Virus record (IMG/VR): IMGVR_UViG_2675903313_000009
DNA: 64,000 bases
Reading direction: 5' to 3' (one strand)
From: a virus
Taxonomy: Duplodnaviria > Heunggongvirae > Uroviricota > Caudoviricetes
The notes under the pieces: model-generated
Told to the model about the DNA's origin: nothing
Database searches by the model: none
The model's input: only the letters and a program-made list of their open reading frames with translations
In this document: positions 1 to 11,465 of the stretch, piece after piece
Numbering within the stretch: the first letter of the stretch is position 1
Layout of the letters: the number at the start of each line of letters is the position of its first letter
Translations under genes and position numbers: made by a program

Positions 1-2
1 AC

Positions 3-248
3 TACGAGCAGCGACAGGCTCAAGGTCTTAATCGTATTAAAGAAGAATGGTCGTTAACCTTTACCAGATCATACAACGAAATTAATGCAATCGATGACTT
101 CCTGACTGAGCGATCAGGCGTTGAATCGTTCTATTGGGTTAATCCAAGAGGCAAGCAGATTGTAGTTGTATGTGACAGTCATACGGTCAAGCGATATCAG
201 GGGTACTGTGTCTTAACTGCTACATTCAGACAAGTATTTGAGGCTTAA
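3..248 (+). CDS. Minor tail protein M-like, C-terminal fragment (gene starts upstream of window)
   Basis: Frame-3 translation YEQRQAQGLNRIKEEWSLTFTRSYNEINAIDDFLTERSGVESFYWVNPRGKQIVVVCDSHTVKRYQGYCVLTATFRQVFEA* has no stop until 246-248 and sits directly upstream of the gpL-like gene, matching lambda tail gene order M-L-K-I-J. Confidence 0.6.
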   Translation, partial: YEQRQAQGLNRIKEEWSLTFTRSYNEINAIDDFLTERSGVESFYWVNPRGKQIVVVCDSHTVKRYQGYCVLTATFRQVFEA

Positions 249-297
249 GTATCTGGATAAGTAAGTACTAATTTACTATCATTGTGGCGCTGACAGG

Positions 298-1029
298 ATG
301 TTAGCGCCTACTTATTTCAAGGATGAAACAATGGGAATTAAAGCTGATATTCAGAGCTTATCTCCCTCTGCACTCATTGAGTTGTTCGTACTGGATATGT
401 CGAACACAACTTCAGGGGGGAAGCTATTCTTCCACGCCGGAACAAACGAACTGATGCAACCGGTCGTCTGGCAAGGAGTGACATACGAGCCGTGGCCAAT
501 CAAAGCATCAGGCTTTGACAAAACTGGCCAGGGAACGTTGCCACGTCCAAAAATTCAGGTATCGAACTTTGCCGGAACCGTCTCTGCGGAAGTTCAGGCG
601 AACGACGATCTTGTTGGCTGCCGCATTATTCGCAAGATGACGCTGGCTCGCTTCCTCGATGCCGTTAATTTTAAAGACGGCAACCCAACAGCAGATCCAA
701 ACCAACATTTCCCGGATGAAATGTGGTTTATCGAACAGAAAACTCTCGAAACTCATCAGGTTGTCGAGTTTGAATTGTCCAGTGTGTTCGATTTGATGGG
801 GGTGCAACTGCCGTATCGTCAGATCATTAAAAACACCTGCCCGTGGAAATACCGAGGGCCAGAATGCGGCTATACCGGTCCATATTTCGACAAAAATAAC
901 CAGCAGACGTCTATGTCTGGTGCTGATTACTGCACAAAACGTTATGACGCCTGTAATGCGCGTCGGAATTATTTTGCCAACGGAGTGATCCATTTTGGCG
1001 GGTTTATTGGAGCTACGCGATATGGGTAA
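298..1029 (+). CDS. Minor tail protein L (lambda gpL-like)
   Basis: Track ORF; motifs VVWQGVTYEPWPIKASGF and ARFLDAVNF plus a C-terminal Cys cluster (CPWKYRGPECGY...CTKRYDAC) match my memory of lambda gpL. True start may be the internal Met at 331. Confidence 0.85.
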   Translation: MLAPTYFKDETMGIKADIQSLSPSALIELFVLDMSNTTSGGKLFFHAGTNELMQPVVWQGVTYEPWPIKASGFDKTGQGTLPRPKIQVSNFAGTVSAEVQANDDLVGCRIIRKMTLARFLDAVNFKDGNPTADPNQHFPDEMWFIEQKTLETHQVVEFELSSVFDLMGVQLPYRQIIKNTCPWKYRGPECGYTGPYFDKNNQQTSMSGADYCTKRYDACNARRNYFANGVIHFGGFIGATRYG

Positions 1030-1819
1030 TAAAGCAATCCCTGAGCTTGGCTCTGATGTTATGCAGCAAATCTATCTCTGCGCCATAAATCGCTACCCTA
1101 ATGAAGCGTGTGGCTTTCTGGTGAGAACTAATGGCGACAAATATCGCTTTATGGAAGCGCGAAATGTTTCGGAGAACCCGCAGAACACTTTTGTAATGCA
1201 CGTTGACGACATTATGGCGGCAGAGGATGCGGGTGATGTTATCGCAATCTGGCATTCACATACTGATGAATCAGCAGAAGCATCTGATGCCGATCGTGCA
1301 GGCTGCGAAGCGACGGAAGTTCCGTGGATGATTCTGGCTATTCGCAAGAATGTTGAGGGAGATGCCCCTTTCCATTTTAGCGAGATGAATGTGATCACAC
1401 CTGATGGTTTCGAAATGCCATACCTGGGTAGACCGTATGTATTTGGCGTATTCGATTGCTGGATGTTGTGTCGGGACTATTTGAAGCGTGAGTTTAACGT
1501 CGAACTAAACCCGAACGCACACCTGCATATTCCATCGTGGTACACCGGCGATAACGACATTCTCGATCAGAACTACCGTAACGAGGGATTGGTGCGTCTT
1601 GCGCCCGGAACAGAGCCTCAACGTGGGGACATCTTCTTTATCCAATACGGGAAAATGCCTGACCACTGCGCGGTTTATATCGGCGATGGAATGATTCTTC
1701 ATCACCAGATCGACCGCCTTAGTTGTCGTGCTTATTACGGCGGGATGTATCAGAAACATACGACGCATCACTTGCGTCACAGAGACTTGCTCAAGGGAGA
1801 TGAGACGTGTCTGAGTTAG
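1022..1819 (+). CDS. Tail assembly protein K (gpK-like; MPN/JAMM plus NlpC/P60-like domains)
   Basis: ATG at 1022 overlaps the gpL stop (ATGGGTAA). JAMM-like HSHTDES...SDAD motif and a Cys/His motif (DCWMLCRDY ... H) later. Track ORF 995-1819 begins at an upstream alternative codon. Confidence 0.8.
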   Translation: MGNKAIPELGSDVMQQIYLCAINRYPNEACGFLVRTNGDKYRFMEARNVSENPQNTFVMHVDDIMAAEDAGDVIAIWHSHTDESAEASDADRAGCEATEVPWMILAIRKNVEGDAPFHFSEMNVITPDGFEMPYLGRPYVFGVFDCWMLCRDYLKREFNVELNPNAHLHIPSWYTGDNDILDQNYRNEGLVRLAPGTEPQRGDIFFIQYGKMPDHCAVYIGDGMILHHQIDRLSCRAYYGGMYQKHTTHHLRHRDLLKGDETCLS

Positions 1820-2400
1820 TTCATGTGCAGCTTGGCGGCCCTATGGCCAAACATTTTGGCCGCCACTGGCATCTAAAGGTGCGCAATACAAAACAGGCTC
1901 TGGATTTAATTGAGGCCAACAAGCCTGGGTTTAAAGCATGGATGAAGCGCAACATCAAAACCTATGACAGATACCACATCCAGATCACCAATAAACAGGG
2001 CCACAAGTGGTCTGTGGACGAGAGTGAATATCAGATGATGGGGCAGTCTGACAACATAGCCAAAATCCGCATTACCCCTGTTCCGCGAGGAAGCGGCGGT
2101 TCTGCTTTTGGGTGGTTTCAGACGGTAGTAGGAGCCGCTTTGTTGGTTGTATCGGCGGTAATGATGCCCGCTCTTGCGCCTCTCGGTTTGTCACTGATGA
2201 TGGGCGGTATAGCGCAAATCATATCTCCGCAAGCCACTAACGAAAGTGTGAGGCAGGCGGATAACTCGAACTCTTATTACTTTGATGGACCTCAAAACAC
2301 AACAAACCAGGGGAACCCTGTACAGCTTATCTATGGCGAGGAAATTTTAGTTGGCTCACAGGTCGTGAGTTCTTCTATCACCATCGATCAGCTTATGTAA
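1807..2400 (+). CDS. Tail assembly protein I (gpI-like)
   Basis: Position between K and J; 197 aa with a hydrophobic C-terminal half; overlaps the K stop. Confidence 0.7.
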   Translation: MSELVHVQLGGPMAKHFGRHWHLKVRNTKQALDLIEANKPGFKAWMKRNIKTYDRYHIQITNKQGHKWSVDESEYQMMGQSDNIAKIRITPVPRGSGGSAFGWFQTVVGAALLVVSAVMMPALAPLGLSLMMGGIAQIISPQATNESVRQADNSNSYYFDGPQNTTNQGNPVQLIYGEEILVGSQVVSSSITIDQLM

Positions 2401-2411
2401 TCAAGGATTTT

Positions 2412-5400
2412 TTGGACATGGAACAGTTCAAGAAGAAAAAATTACCGCTTCTTATTGCCGGTGCTGGTGGCAAGAAAAGTAAAAGCTCCAGCCGTACCCC
2501 GGTTGAAGCTGATGATACTGTCAATTCTCGTGCTATGGCAGCCATCCTCGACCTTCTTGGCGAGGGGGTTATCGGTGGCCTGGTAAATGGCGCAAAGTCG
2601 ATCTTCATCGACGATTTACCGATCTTGAATGAAGATGGCTCTTCCAACTTCAGCGGTATTACATGGGATTTTCGTGACGGCTCACAAGACCAGACGCCAA
2701 TGGCTGGTTTTGATTTTGTTGAAACGCCTAAGTCCGTAAATATTCAGCTTAAAAAAACACACGACGTTACGGTTTCAATCGATAACGATGAAGCTGATCG
2801 CGTTCGTGTCATCATGAAATTCCCCTCTTTACGTAGCGTTGATAAAAGCTCTGGCGATACAAATGGCACTACGGTGAAGTACAAATTCCAGATCGCCAAC
2901 GCAGACGCAACATTTTCTGATGTAGTGGCAGAAGGTGAGAAAAGCGTTGATATCACGCTAACGGCAAAGAAAACCGGCGTGTATTACCGTAGCCATGAGC
3001 TGAAACTGCCTAAGCCTGGTCGTGCATACAAGGTTAGGGTGATTCGTCTTACAGATGATAATAGTAGCCAGTACCTCTACAACGACACATGGGTTGATTC
3101 CATCGGTGAGATTGTCGACACGCCAATGAACTACCCTAACTCTGCTCTTGTTGGCTTGAAGGTCAATTCAGAGCAGTTTGGTAGCACAATGCCTTCCCGT
3201 TCGTATTTGGTGCGCGGTATCAAAATCCGAGTACCGTCAAACTACAACGAATACACCAATACTTATGTCGGCGTATGGGACGGTACTTTTAAGCTGTTGT
3301 CTTCTTCAAACCCTGCGTGGATTCTCTACGATTTGCTTACCAATACTCGGTATGGTCTTGGGCAATTTGTGTCGGAATCCATGATTGACCTCGGCCAGCT
3401 CTACCAGATTGGTCGATATTGTGACGAAGAGGTCGATGATGGCTTTGGGGGTAAAGAGAAACGCTTTGCAATCAATACGCAGATCACCAGTCGACAAGAC
3501 GCATACCGATTAATTCAGGATATTGCCGGTGCATTCCGCGGCATGGTGTTTTGGGCTGGTGGCATGGTTAACATCATGCAGGATAGCCCATCAGATCCGG
3601 TAATGATGTTTACCAACTCCAACGTCAAAGATGGACTGTTTACCTATAAAGGTTCTGCGCGTAAAGATCGCCCATCCGTTGCGCTCGTAACCTACAACAA
3701 CAAGGAGGACGGTTATAAGCAAAATATCGAGTACGTTGAAGATCAGGACGCAATGCGCCGTTATGGTGAGCGTAAAACAGAAGTCGTAGCATTTGGATGT
3801 ACAAGCCGAGGCCAGGCTCACCGAGTTGGTTTGTGGCTTTTGTATACCGCCAGAATGGAGTCGGATGTAATTACATTTACTGCCGGCTTAGACGCCTCAT
3901 TTCTGATGCCCGGTGAAACCGTTCTGATTCAGAACAAATATCGTGCAGGTAAACGTAACTCCGGTCGAATTGTGGAGTTTACCAAAAACAGCATCACTCT
4001 CGATGCGCCTGTGTCGTTAGCTAAAAGCGGCAGCTTTATTCGGATATTGAATCAGGAAGGCAAAATCGTTGAACGCGATGTTCTTGAAACTGGCGAAAAC
4101 ATAACAAAGGTTACGTTTTCAAAAGCCCTGTCGTCAGCGGAAACGCCTGTTTTGAACGGTGTCTGGACAATTACAGAACCAGATCTCGAACCTATGCGCG
4201 TTCGCATCGTTAACATCGCGCAGGGGGAAACGCCGGGTAGCTTTGACATCACCGCTGTTGAGAACAATCCGTCTAAATATGAGGCAATCGACAATGGTGC
4301 AACGCTGATCCCGCAGAATACGACGGTATTGGACCCAACTTACTCCAAGCCATCTAATCTGCAAATCACTGAAGGGACTTATCTCTCAAGCCCGGGCAAC
4401 CTGTCAGTAAAACTGACTGCAACATGGGAAGGAAAATCTCCAGAGTATTGGATCAGTTGGCGACGTTCTGATGAAAACAATGTATCGAACTGGCAATCGG
4501 CGCGTGTAACCGAAGAGCAATACGAAATCGTTAATGTCGCGGAGAATGGACGCTACGACTTCCAGCTGTATGCGGTTTCATTCAACGGTAAAAAAACAGA
4601 GATTATCAGTACCGTTTATCAGGTGTTGGGCACAATGACACCGCCGGATGCCCCAACGTCATTAACGGCCGTTGGAGACTATCGTAATGTGATACTGAAT
4701 TGGGTTAATCCAGATTCGGTAGACCTTGATCACATTAATGTTTACGCATCCCAGACCAACAATCTGGATACGGCGAAACTGATCGCAGAGTCTGCAAGCA
4801 CCACCTTTACACATGCTGGTCTTGGGGATAGCGAAACGTGGTATTACTGGGTTCGAGCATCGAACAAGCGAGGTATGTTAAGTCCTCCGAACTCAAACTT
4901 GGGTACAGAGGCGGCAACTCGCGATGTACTGTCGTTCCTGACTGGCAAAATTACATCTTCCGAGCTTGGTCAGGCTCTGCTTGAGGACATCAACAGCAAA
5001 GCCTCTCAAGAAGCAGTTGACGAGTTAAATGAGCATATCAACCAGAGCGTCGAATCTTTGGAGGGGGCGGTAAACGACGTTAAGGAAGATATAGCTGAAT
5101 TAGATAAGCAGTTCAGCGATAACCTCGCGAATTTTGAAATAAAATTCAACGAGCGTAGCGATGCTTTGGAGAACGCACAAACCGAGCTTAAAGGTGAGGT
5201 TTCGGCAACGATCGACAAGGTCAATGAAGCGTTTGAAAAAATTGATGCTACTGATGCTGCAATTGTTGAAATCGAAAACACCGTATCTGAACACGATAAA
5301 GCTCTCGCTAATACAGTCGAGGCAATAAAGGCTGCAAGAGATGAAGCGGCGGCTCTTATTGCTAAGGAAAGCGAGGCTCGTGTTGAAGGCGATGCTGCAA

Positions 5401-7142
5401 ACGCTAAACAACTGGAAGTGTTGCAGTCAACGGTAGAGGAAAGCTCCGCTGCCGTTGAAGAAATGAAAAAGACGGTTGCAGAGGTCGATCGTGCCAGTGC
5501 AGAACTGACTACGAACATTGAGGCGTTAGCCAAAACAAATATTGACTTGGCTCTTCGTCAAGATGAAGACCAGCACAAGCAGATGGTCAATAACGCGAAG
5601 ATCGCAACAACACAGAAAACCTTTGCTGATGATATGTCTGCAATGGCCACGAAGGTTGAGGAAATTCGCGTAGAAATTGGCGAAGACATTAAGGCCAGTA
5701 TTCTGGAAGAGTCCACCGCTCGTGCCGATGGCGATGAAGCGTTGGCAAAGCGTGTCACTCAGCTGCAATCTAAGTTTGAAGGAGATATCAGCGCGGCGAT
5801 TAGTACAGAGCAGGAGGCTCGTACATCTGCCGATGAAGCTCTGACGACACAGATCACTCAGCTTGAGTCGAAAGTAAGCAACGATATCGTCGCAGCTATT
5901 AAGGAAGAGCAAGAAGCCCGAGCAACGGAAGATTCGGCTCTGGCAAGCCAGATCACCCAACTTCAGGCAAAGGTTGATGATGATATTTCTGCTGCAATAC
6001 GTAGTGAGCAGGAGGCCCGAGCAAGCGGGGACTCTGCGTTAGCCAAACAAATAAACCAGCTTCAGTCAAAGGTTGACGGTGATATATCCGCTGCCATCAC
6101 TCAGGAGCAGGAGGCCAGAGCAAGTGCTGACCAGGCGCTCTCACGAGAAATTAACAGCCTGCGAGCACAAACCGGAACTGATATTGCCGCAGCGGTTGCT
6201 GTAGAGACAAAAGCAAGGACTGATGCCGATAGTGCATTGTCTACCCAGATTACGTCTCTTACAGCAAAAGCTAATGATCTCAAGGCGTCTCTTGCCAGAG
6301 AAACAACGGCTCGTGCAGATGGTGATACCGCTTTAACAAAAGAGGTTTCAAGTTTAAAAGCACAGACAGCGAAAGATATTAGTGCGGCCGTTGCAGTTGA
6401 AACGCAGGCTCGAACTGATGCTGACTCGGCGTTGTCGTCTCAGATCACCAAGCTGACCTCTCAATACAAAGAGGATATTAAAGCGGCTGTAGCAACCGAA
6501 ACGAAAACGCGTACAGAGCAAGATGCTGCATTGGCAACTCAAATCACAAACTTAGAGTCTCAAACGGCAGCCAACATTTCCGCGGCGGTCACAACTGAAA
6601 CGACAGCGAGAACGCAGGCAGATAATGCTCTGAGTGGGCGAATCGATACTCTGAAAGCAGAGGTGAATGGAAATACCGCGACAATTCAACAGCAGGCAAC
6701 AGCTATTGCTGATACCAACAAAAAAGTGTCAACCGCGTGGACGTTGAAAATGGAGACTTCAACGAGCGGAGGGCAGAAGTATGTTGCCGGTATTGCGCTT
6801 GGTATTGACACCACTGGGCTATCTCAGTTTTTGGTTCAGGCGGACAGGTTTGGTTTGGTCAACTCTGTTAACGGGAAGATCACAACGCCATTTGTTATCG
6901 AAAACAGTATCGCCTATATGAATGGAGCGTATATCAAGGATGGCACAATCACCAATGCAAAAGTAGGCGATCTGCAATCTACCAATTTTGTTAGCGGTAG
7001 ATCTGGATGGCGGTTCGGCAAAAATGGAACGCTTGAGATCAACGGTAATAGCGGCGGCAATGGGCGATTGGTTATAAATGGTCAGCGGATTGACGTTTAT
7101 GACGATAACAACGTCCTACGAGTAAGAATTGGCCGTCTGTGA
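2412..7142 (+). CDS. Host specificity / tail tip protein J (lambda gpJ-like) with a long central coiled-coil repeat insert
   Basis: 1576 aa; N-terminal and later blocks (FRDGSQDQTP, GCTSRGQAHR, KITSSELGQALLED, GQKYVAGIALGID..LSQFLVQADRF) match lambda J from memory; about 570 aa of heptad-rich tandem repeats lie in the middle. Confidence 0.9.
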   Translation: MDMEQFKKKKLPLLIAGAGGKKSKSSSRTPVEADDTVNSRAMAAILDLLGEGVIGGLVNGAKSIFIDDLPILNEDGSSNFSGITWDFRDGSQDQTPMAGFDFVETPKSVNIQLKKTHDVTVSIDNDEADRVRVIMKFPSLRSVDKSSGDTNGTTVKYKFQIANADATFSDVVAEGEKSVDITLTAKKTGVYYRSHELKLPKPGRAYKVRVIRLTDDNSSQYLYNDTWVDSIGEIVDTPMNYPNSALVGLKVNSEQFGSTMPSRSYLVRGIKIRVPSNYNEYTNTYVGVWDGTFKLLSSSNPAWILYDLLTNTRYGLGQFVSESMIDLGQLYQIGRYCDEEVDDGFGGKEKRFAINTQITSRQDAYRLIQDIAGAFRGMVFWAGGMVNIMQDSPSDPVMMFTNSNVKDGLFTYKGSARKDRPSVALVTYNNKEDGYKQNIEYVEDQDAMRRYGERKTEVVAFGCTSRGQAHRVGLWLLYTARMESDVITFTAGLDASFLMPGETVLIQNKYRAGKRNSGRIVEFTKNSITLDAPVSLAKSGSFIRILNQEGKIVERDVLETGENITKVTFSKALSSAETPVLNGVWTITEPDLEPMRVRIVNIAQGETPGSFDITAVENNPSKYEAIDNGATLIPQNTTVLDPTYSKPSNLQITEGTYLSSPGNLSVKLTATWEGKSPEYWISWRRSDENNVSNWQSARVTEEQYEIVNVAENGRYDFQLYAVSFNGKKTEIISTVYQVLGTMTPPDAPTSLTAVGDYRNVILNWVNPDSVDLDHINVYASQTNNLDTAKLIAESASTTFTHAGLGDSETWYYWVRASNKRGMLSPPNSNLGTEAATRDVLSFLTGKITSSELGQALLEDINSKASQEAVDELNEHINQSVESLEGAVNDVKEDIAELDKQFSDNLANFEIKFNERSDALENAQTELKGEVSATIDKVNEAFEKIDATDAAIVEIENTVSEHDKALANTVEAIKAARDEAAALIAKESEARVEGDAANAKQLEVLQSTVEESSAAVEEMKKTVAEVDRASAELTTNIEALAKTNIDLALRQDEDQHKQMVNNAKIATTQKTFADDMSAMATKVEEIRVEIGEDIKASILEESTARADGDEALAKRVTQLQSKFEGDISAAISTEQEARTSADEALTTQITQLESKVSNDIVAAIKEEQEARATEDSALASQITQLQAKVDDDISAAIRSEQEARASGDSALAKQINQLQSKVDGDISAAITQEQEARASADQALSREINSLRAQTGTDIAAAVAVETKARTDADSALSTQITSLTAKANDLKASLARETTARADGDTALTKEVSSLKAQTAKDISAAVAVETQARTDADSALSSQITKLTSQYKEDIKAAVATETKTRTEQDAALATQITNLESQTAANISAAVTTETTARTQADNALSGRIDTLKAEVNGNTATIQQQATAIADTNKKVSTAWTLKMETSTSGGQKYVAGIALGIDTTGLSQFLVQADRFGLVNSVNGKITTPFVIENSIAYMNGAYIKDGTITNAKVGDLQSTNFVSGRSGWRFGKNGTLEINGNSGGNGRLVINGQRIDVYDDNNVLRVRIGRL
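5000..6700 (+). repeat. Tandem coding repeats (units of about 33-36 codons) inside J: Q/E-rich coiled-coil modules (..QITQLQSKV.DDISAAI..EQEARA.AD.AL..)
   Basis: At least 12 consecutive similar units visible in the translation; antisense ORFs listed here by the track are artefacts of the repeat. Confidence 0.75.
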
Positions 7143-7235
7143 TGGTGGAAAAAAAAATTTATATCGGTAAAAATAGGTAAGTATTTACTTAATGGCGGGC
7201 AAGGTTGGCCCGCCAAATCAAGGAGCATATTCAAC

Positions 7236-10200
7236 ATGTGGTACAGGGAAGGTACTATCACATTTACACAGGGTAGCAATACTCTGGTTGGGGCAGGGAC
7301 AGCCTGGAATGTAACAGCTAATGGTGTGTTGCCGGGGATGATCGTCATTGGCCCCGACAATAAGCTGTATGAGATCAAGCGCGTAATAAGCGATACGAAT
7401 ATTGTTCTCTCAGAACCTTATACCGGCGAAACTCAGTCTGAGGTTCCGTGCCGAATCATTACGACCTATGAAGGCGACTTAACACAGTTTAGCGCGCGCT
7501 TTACTGCGCTAATGTCGCGTATGTCGGCTGATTCCAAGTCCATACGCAGTTGGTTGACTGCGCTGGATGAGGTGACAATCGAGCGTGAAGACGGTACAGA
7601 AGTGACCGTTAAGCCGCTAATGCAGATCGTCAACGAGCACAACGAAAACGTTGAGTGGTATAAAAATAACACTGACGCGATTGATGCTGCTGGCGACAAA
7701 GCTCGTGAGGCGGCGGCCAGTGCTGCCGCAGCAGCAAAAAGCGCCAATGTCGCTGGAGAAAAAGCCTCTCAAGCGTCTCAAAGTGCATCCGCTGCGGCAT
7801 CCTCACAAAGTGCCGCAAGTGCGAGTGCAACTGCTGCGAAAAAATCTGAAACGAATGCTGCAGCGTCACAAAAATCTGCAGCCACTTCTGCATCCACCGC
7901 GACCACGAAGGCGTCAGAAGCTGCCACCTCAGCCCGGGATGCGGCGGCCTCAAAAGAGGCAGCGAAATCATCAGAAACGAGCGCTGCCTCGAGCGCCGGC
8001 AGTGCAGCTTCCTCGGCAACGGCGGCAGGAAATTCCGCGAAGGCCGCAAAAACGTCTGAGACGAATGCGGATAACAGCGCACAGGCGGCAGCAGACTCAC
8101 AAACTGCATCGGCAAACTCCGCGACAGCAGCCAAAAAATCAGAAACCAACGCGAAAAATAGTGAGGCAGCAGCAAAGGTCAGCGAAACCAACGCTAAAGC
8201 GTCAGAGAACAAGGCGAAAGAATATCTCGACAAGGTCGGGGGACTCGTCAGCCCGATGACGCAATACGATTGGCCCGTTGTTACTGGTAATGAGTCTTTT
8301 TACATAAAGATCGCGAAACTTTCCGATCCCGGAAGCAACAATTGCCATGTAACGCTAATGGTTACTAACGGCGGTGACTACGGCTCCCCTTACGGAAACA
8401 TTGACTTTATCGAGATCTCGGCGCGCGGTCTGCCTTCTTCGCTTACTGCTGATAATGTATCTCGTTACCTGAGTATACGCCGTTTAGGGCCAACCGGGCT
8501 AATCAATAGCATGCAAATGCGTTACGGCCTGGTTAAAGGTGATGGCTTTATTGAGGTTTGGGCCTTCCAGCGTGCATTTATCAACGGCGCAAAGGTTGCG
8601 GTACTGGCGCAGACGGCACGCACGGAATTATACATTCCAGACGGATTTGTTAAGCAAACCGCCGCGCCTTCTGGATATGTTGAAGGCAACGTTGTAAGGA
8701 TTTACGACCAGGTAAACAAGCCGTCGAAATCGGATGTTGGACTTGGCAACGTAACGAACGATGCGCAGGTAAAAAAAACCGGCGATACAATGACCGGTGG
8801 GCTTACTTTTGCAAACGACTCAATCCTTGCCTGGATTCGGAATACTGACTGGGCGAAGATTGGATTTAAAAATGATGCCGATGGTGACACTGATTCATAC
8901 ATGTGGTTTGAAACAGGCGACAACGGCAATGAATATTTCAAATGGAGAAGCCGCCAGAGCACCACAACAAAAGACCTGATGAATCTTAAATGGGATGCTT
9001 TGTCTGTTCTTGTTAAAGCCCTTTTCAGCAGTGAAGTAAAAATATCGACAGTCAATGCACTGAGGATTTTTAATTCATCCTTTGGTGCTATTTTTCGCCG
9101 TTCTGAAGAAAGCCTGTATATCATCCCTACACGAGAAAATGAGGGTGAAAATGGAGATATTGGGCCATTAAGGCCATTCAACATCAACTTAAGAACAGGA
9201 GTTGTGTCTGTTGGTCATGGACTAAATGTTACTGGTGGCGTTAATGGTAGTTTGAACGGTAATGCTTCAACAGCTACGAAGTTGCAGACTGCGCGTACTA
9301 TTAATGGGGTGTCGTTTGACGGTTCTAAAAACATTGAGCTAACTCCAAGGTCTATAGGAACGATCAACTCAGCAACAATGTCTTTTAGTGGTGGTGCCGG
9401 ATGGTTCAAGCTGGCAACTGTAACCATGCCACAGGCCAGTTCCGTGGTTTACATAAGCCTGATTGGTGGTGCAGGGTATAACGTTGGCGCCCCGCAGCAA
9501 GCAGGCATCTCTGAGCTGGTTCTGCGTGCCGGAAATGGAAATCCAAAGGGTATTACTGGTGCATTATGGCGACGGACATCGGTTGGATTTACTAATTTTG
9601 CATGGGTGAATACATCCGGTGATACCTATGATGTTTATGTTGAAATAGGTAATTACGCCACAGGTGTTAATATTCAGTGGGATTATACCAGTAACGCCAG
9701 CGTAACGATTCATACATCACCAACTTATACAGCGAATAAACCAACTGGTCTTACTGATGGAACGGTATATGTCATTTACAGTTCGCACATTAAACCGACC
9801 GCCACGGATGTCGGCGCATTACCAATAACCGGAGGAAATCTCAACGGCGGTTTAACGGCTACTGGTGAGATCATTTCAAAATCGGCGAATGGTCTGCGCA
9901 TTGCCTATGGCAACTATGGATTCTTTATCCGTAATGACGGCGGCAGCACATATTTCATGCTAACAGCATCAGGAGATACATTAGGTTCATGGAACGGTTT
10001 GCGACCTATTACAATTAATAATACCAGCGGTGCTGTATCAATTGGTAATGGACTAAATGTGACTGGTGGCGTAAATGGTAGTTTGAACGGTAATGCTTCA
10101 ACAGCTACGAAGTTGCAAACAGCGAGAAACATCAATGGTGTTAAGTTTGATGGTTCAGGCGATATCAATATTAATACATTGGTATCTCGTGGCCGAGTTA

Positions 10201-11150
10201 CGGCGTTAAGCGGCTCTACTCAAGGCACTGCTGGCATTCAAATGTATGAGGCGTACAACAATAGCTACCCGACCACGTATGGCAACGTATTGCACATGAA
10301 AGGTGCGAGTGCTGCTGGTGAGAGCGAGTTGCTTATTGGCTGGAGTGGTACGAGCGGTGCACATGCGCCAGTTTTCATTCGCTCACGAAGAGATAACACA
10401 GGTGCAGCATGGTCAGCGTGGGCGCAGGTATATACCGCTAAGGATTCAATCCCTGGTGTGAATACAACTGGTAATCAGAACACTACTGGTAATGCCGCAA
10501 CCGCCACAAAATTGCAGACAGCAAGGAAAATTGCTGGTGTGGCGTTTGATGGCTCTGCCGATATAACTTTGACTGCGGCTAACCTTAATGCTTACACGAA
10601 AACAGAGGTAGCAAACCTTCTAAGTTCCTATGCAAGCAGATCATCACTGACAGGCTATAGTGGCAACCTGGATATTGTTGCTGAAACACTGGTTGTCAAA
10701 TCAGGCGGTAGTGGAGGGTTTGCTATATGGGATATTGGCACAACTACTAGCGGTGCCAATATGTACATTGATCCAAACCCAGGTATCAATACAGTTTGGC
10801 GTTCAACGTCTTCAAGGCGCTATAAAAAGGATATTGAAACATTACAAGATCGATATGCTGATGAACTTTTGTCATTAAGACCTGTTTGGTATCGTTCAAT
10901 TTGTCGAGGTGACCGAAAGAATTGGGGGTATTACGGCCTTATTGCTGAAGAGGTTGGTGAGATTGCCCCGCAATATGTCCATTGGCGTGAACCAACAAAT
11001 AATGATTCTCCAGAAGATATTTCCTCAAATGGTATGGTCGCTGAAGGAGTGATGTATGAGCGTTTGGTTGTACCACTCATTCATCATATTCAGCAATTGA
11101 CCAAAAGGGTTGAGGAGCTTGAAACGAAGTTAAATTCACCTAAAGAATAA
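7236..11150 (+). CDS. Side tail fibre protein with C-terminal intramolecular chaperone (S74-like autoproteolytic) domain
   Basis: 1304 aa; AGGAG RBS upstream; Ala/Ser-rich low-complexity stretch; motif [20 protein letters not shown] present three times; C-terminal block ([22 protein letters not shown]...GLIAEEV) resembles fibre chaperone domains. Confidence 0.8.
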   Translation: MWYREGTITFTQGSNTLVGAGTAWNVTANGVLPGMIVIGPDNKLYEIKRVISDTNIVLSEPYTGETQSEVPCRIITTYEGDLTQFSARFTALMSRMSADSKSIRSWLTALDEVTIEREDGTEVTVKPLMQIVNEHNENVEWYKNNTDAIDAAGDKAREAAASAAAAAKSANVAGEKASQASQSASAAASSQSAASASATAAKKSETNAAASQKSAATSASTATTKASEAATSARDAAASKEAAKSSETSAASSAGSAASSATAAGNSAKAAKTSETNADNSAQAAADSQTASANSATAAKKSETNAKNSEAAAKVSETNAKASENKAKEYLDKVGGLVSPMTQYDWPVVTGNESFYIKIAKLSDPGSNNCHVTLMVTNGGDYGSPYGNIDFIEISARGLPSSLTADNVSRYLSIRRLGPTGLINSMQMRYGLVKGDGFIEVWAFQRAFINGAKVAVLAQTARTELYIPDGFVKQTAAPSGYVEGNVVRIYDQVNKPSKSDVGLGNVTNDAQVKKTGDTMTGGLTFANDSILAWIRNTDWAKIGFKNDADGDTDSYMWFETGDNGNEYFKWRSRQSTTTKDLMNLKWDALSVLVKALFSSEVKISTVNALRIFNSSFGAIFRRSEESLYIIPTRENEGENGDIGPLRPFNINLRTGVVSVGHGLNVTGGVNGSLNGNASTATKLQTARTINGVSFDGSKNIELTPRSIGTINSATMSFSGGAGWFKLATVTMPQASSVVYISLIGGAGYNVGAPQQAGISELVLRAGNGNPKGITGALWRRTSVGFTNFAWVNTSGDTYDVYVEIGNYATGVNIQWDYTSNASVTIHTSPTYTANKPTGLTDGTVYVIYSSHIKPTATDVGALPITGGNLNGGLTATGEIISKSANGLRIAYGNYGFFIRNDGGSTYFMLTASGDTLGSWNGLRPITINNTSGAVSIGNGLNVTGGVNGSLNGNASTATKLQTARNINGVKFDGSGDININTLVSRGRVTALSGSTQGTAGIQMYEAYNNSYPTTYGNVLHMKGASAAGESELLIGWSGTSGAHAPVFIRSRRDNTGAAWSAWAQVYTAKDSIPGVNTTGNQNTTGNAATATKLQTARKIAGVAFDGSADITLTAANLNAYTKTEVANLLSSYASRSSLTGYSGNLDIVAETLVVKSGGSGGFAIWDIGTTTSGANMYIDPNPGINTVWRSTSSRRYKKDIETLQDRYADELLSLRPVWYRSICRGDRKNWGYYGLIAEEVGEIAPQYVHWREPTNNDSPEDISSNGMVAEGVMYERLVVPLIHHIQQLTKRVEELETKLNSPKE

Positions 11151-11210
11151 ACAACTTCAATCGGGGCTGGAGCTAAACCAGCCCCTGCTTAAAAGTATAA
11201 GGATATATTT

Positions 11211-11465
11211 ATGAGCTATGGTGCACAGGTTTGGTCGCCATCAAGACAGGAGATGGTCAATGCGTTGGCCCCTGTTTATTACCTCGATTATTTTACTCCC
11301 TCTGGTTCAGGAAGTAGAACATATGAGGTTGAGGCGGGATTGGGAATCGACTATTACATAATGGACGTAACCAATGGAAAGTACACAAGTCTTACGGTTT
11401 CTGGAAATACCATTTCGTGGTCTGGAGCTAGTGGTAATTTAAACATATTGGTTTTTCAAAAATAA
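11211..11465 (+). CDS. Hypothetical protein (84 aa), tail-fibre-associated by position
   Basis: Track ORF with AAGGA-like RBS; no recognisable motif. Confidence 0.4.
   Translation: MSYGAQVWSPSRQEMVNALAPVYYLDYFTPSGSGSRTYEVEAGLGIDYYIMDVTNGKYTSLTVSGNTISWSGASGNLNILVFQK

Noticed and set aside
5006-6542. Antisense and off-frame ORFs inside J (5006-5533, 5100-5411, 5526-5960, 6101-6283, 6354-6542)
   Set aside because: Artefacts of the coiled-coil coding repeats; Ser/Ala/Cys-rich nonsense translations within a gene that has clear lambda-J-like blocks.
7630-8259. Overlapping ORFs 7651-8259 (+), 7630-8175 (-), 7778-8233 (-) and 7466-7747 (-)
   Set aside because: They lie inside the Ala/Ser-rich low-complexity part of the tail fibre gene, where every frame is open because of the GC-rich repeats; the fibre frame has the RBS and continuity with conserved domains.
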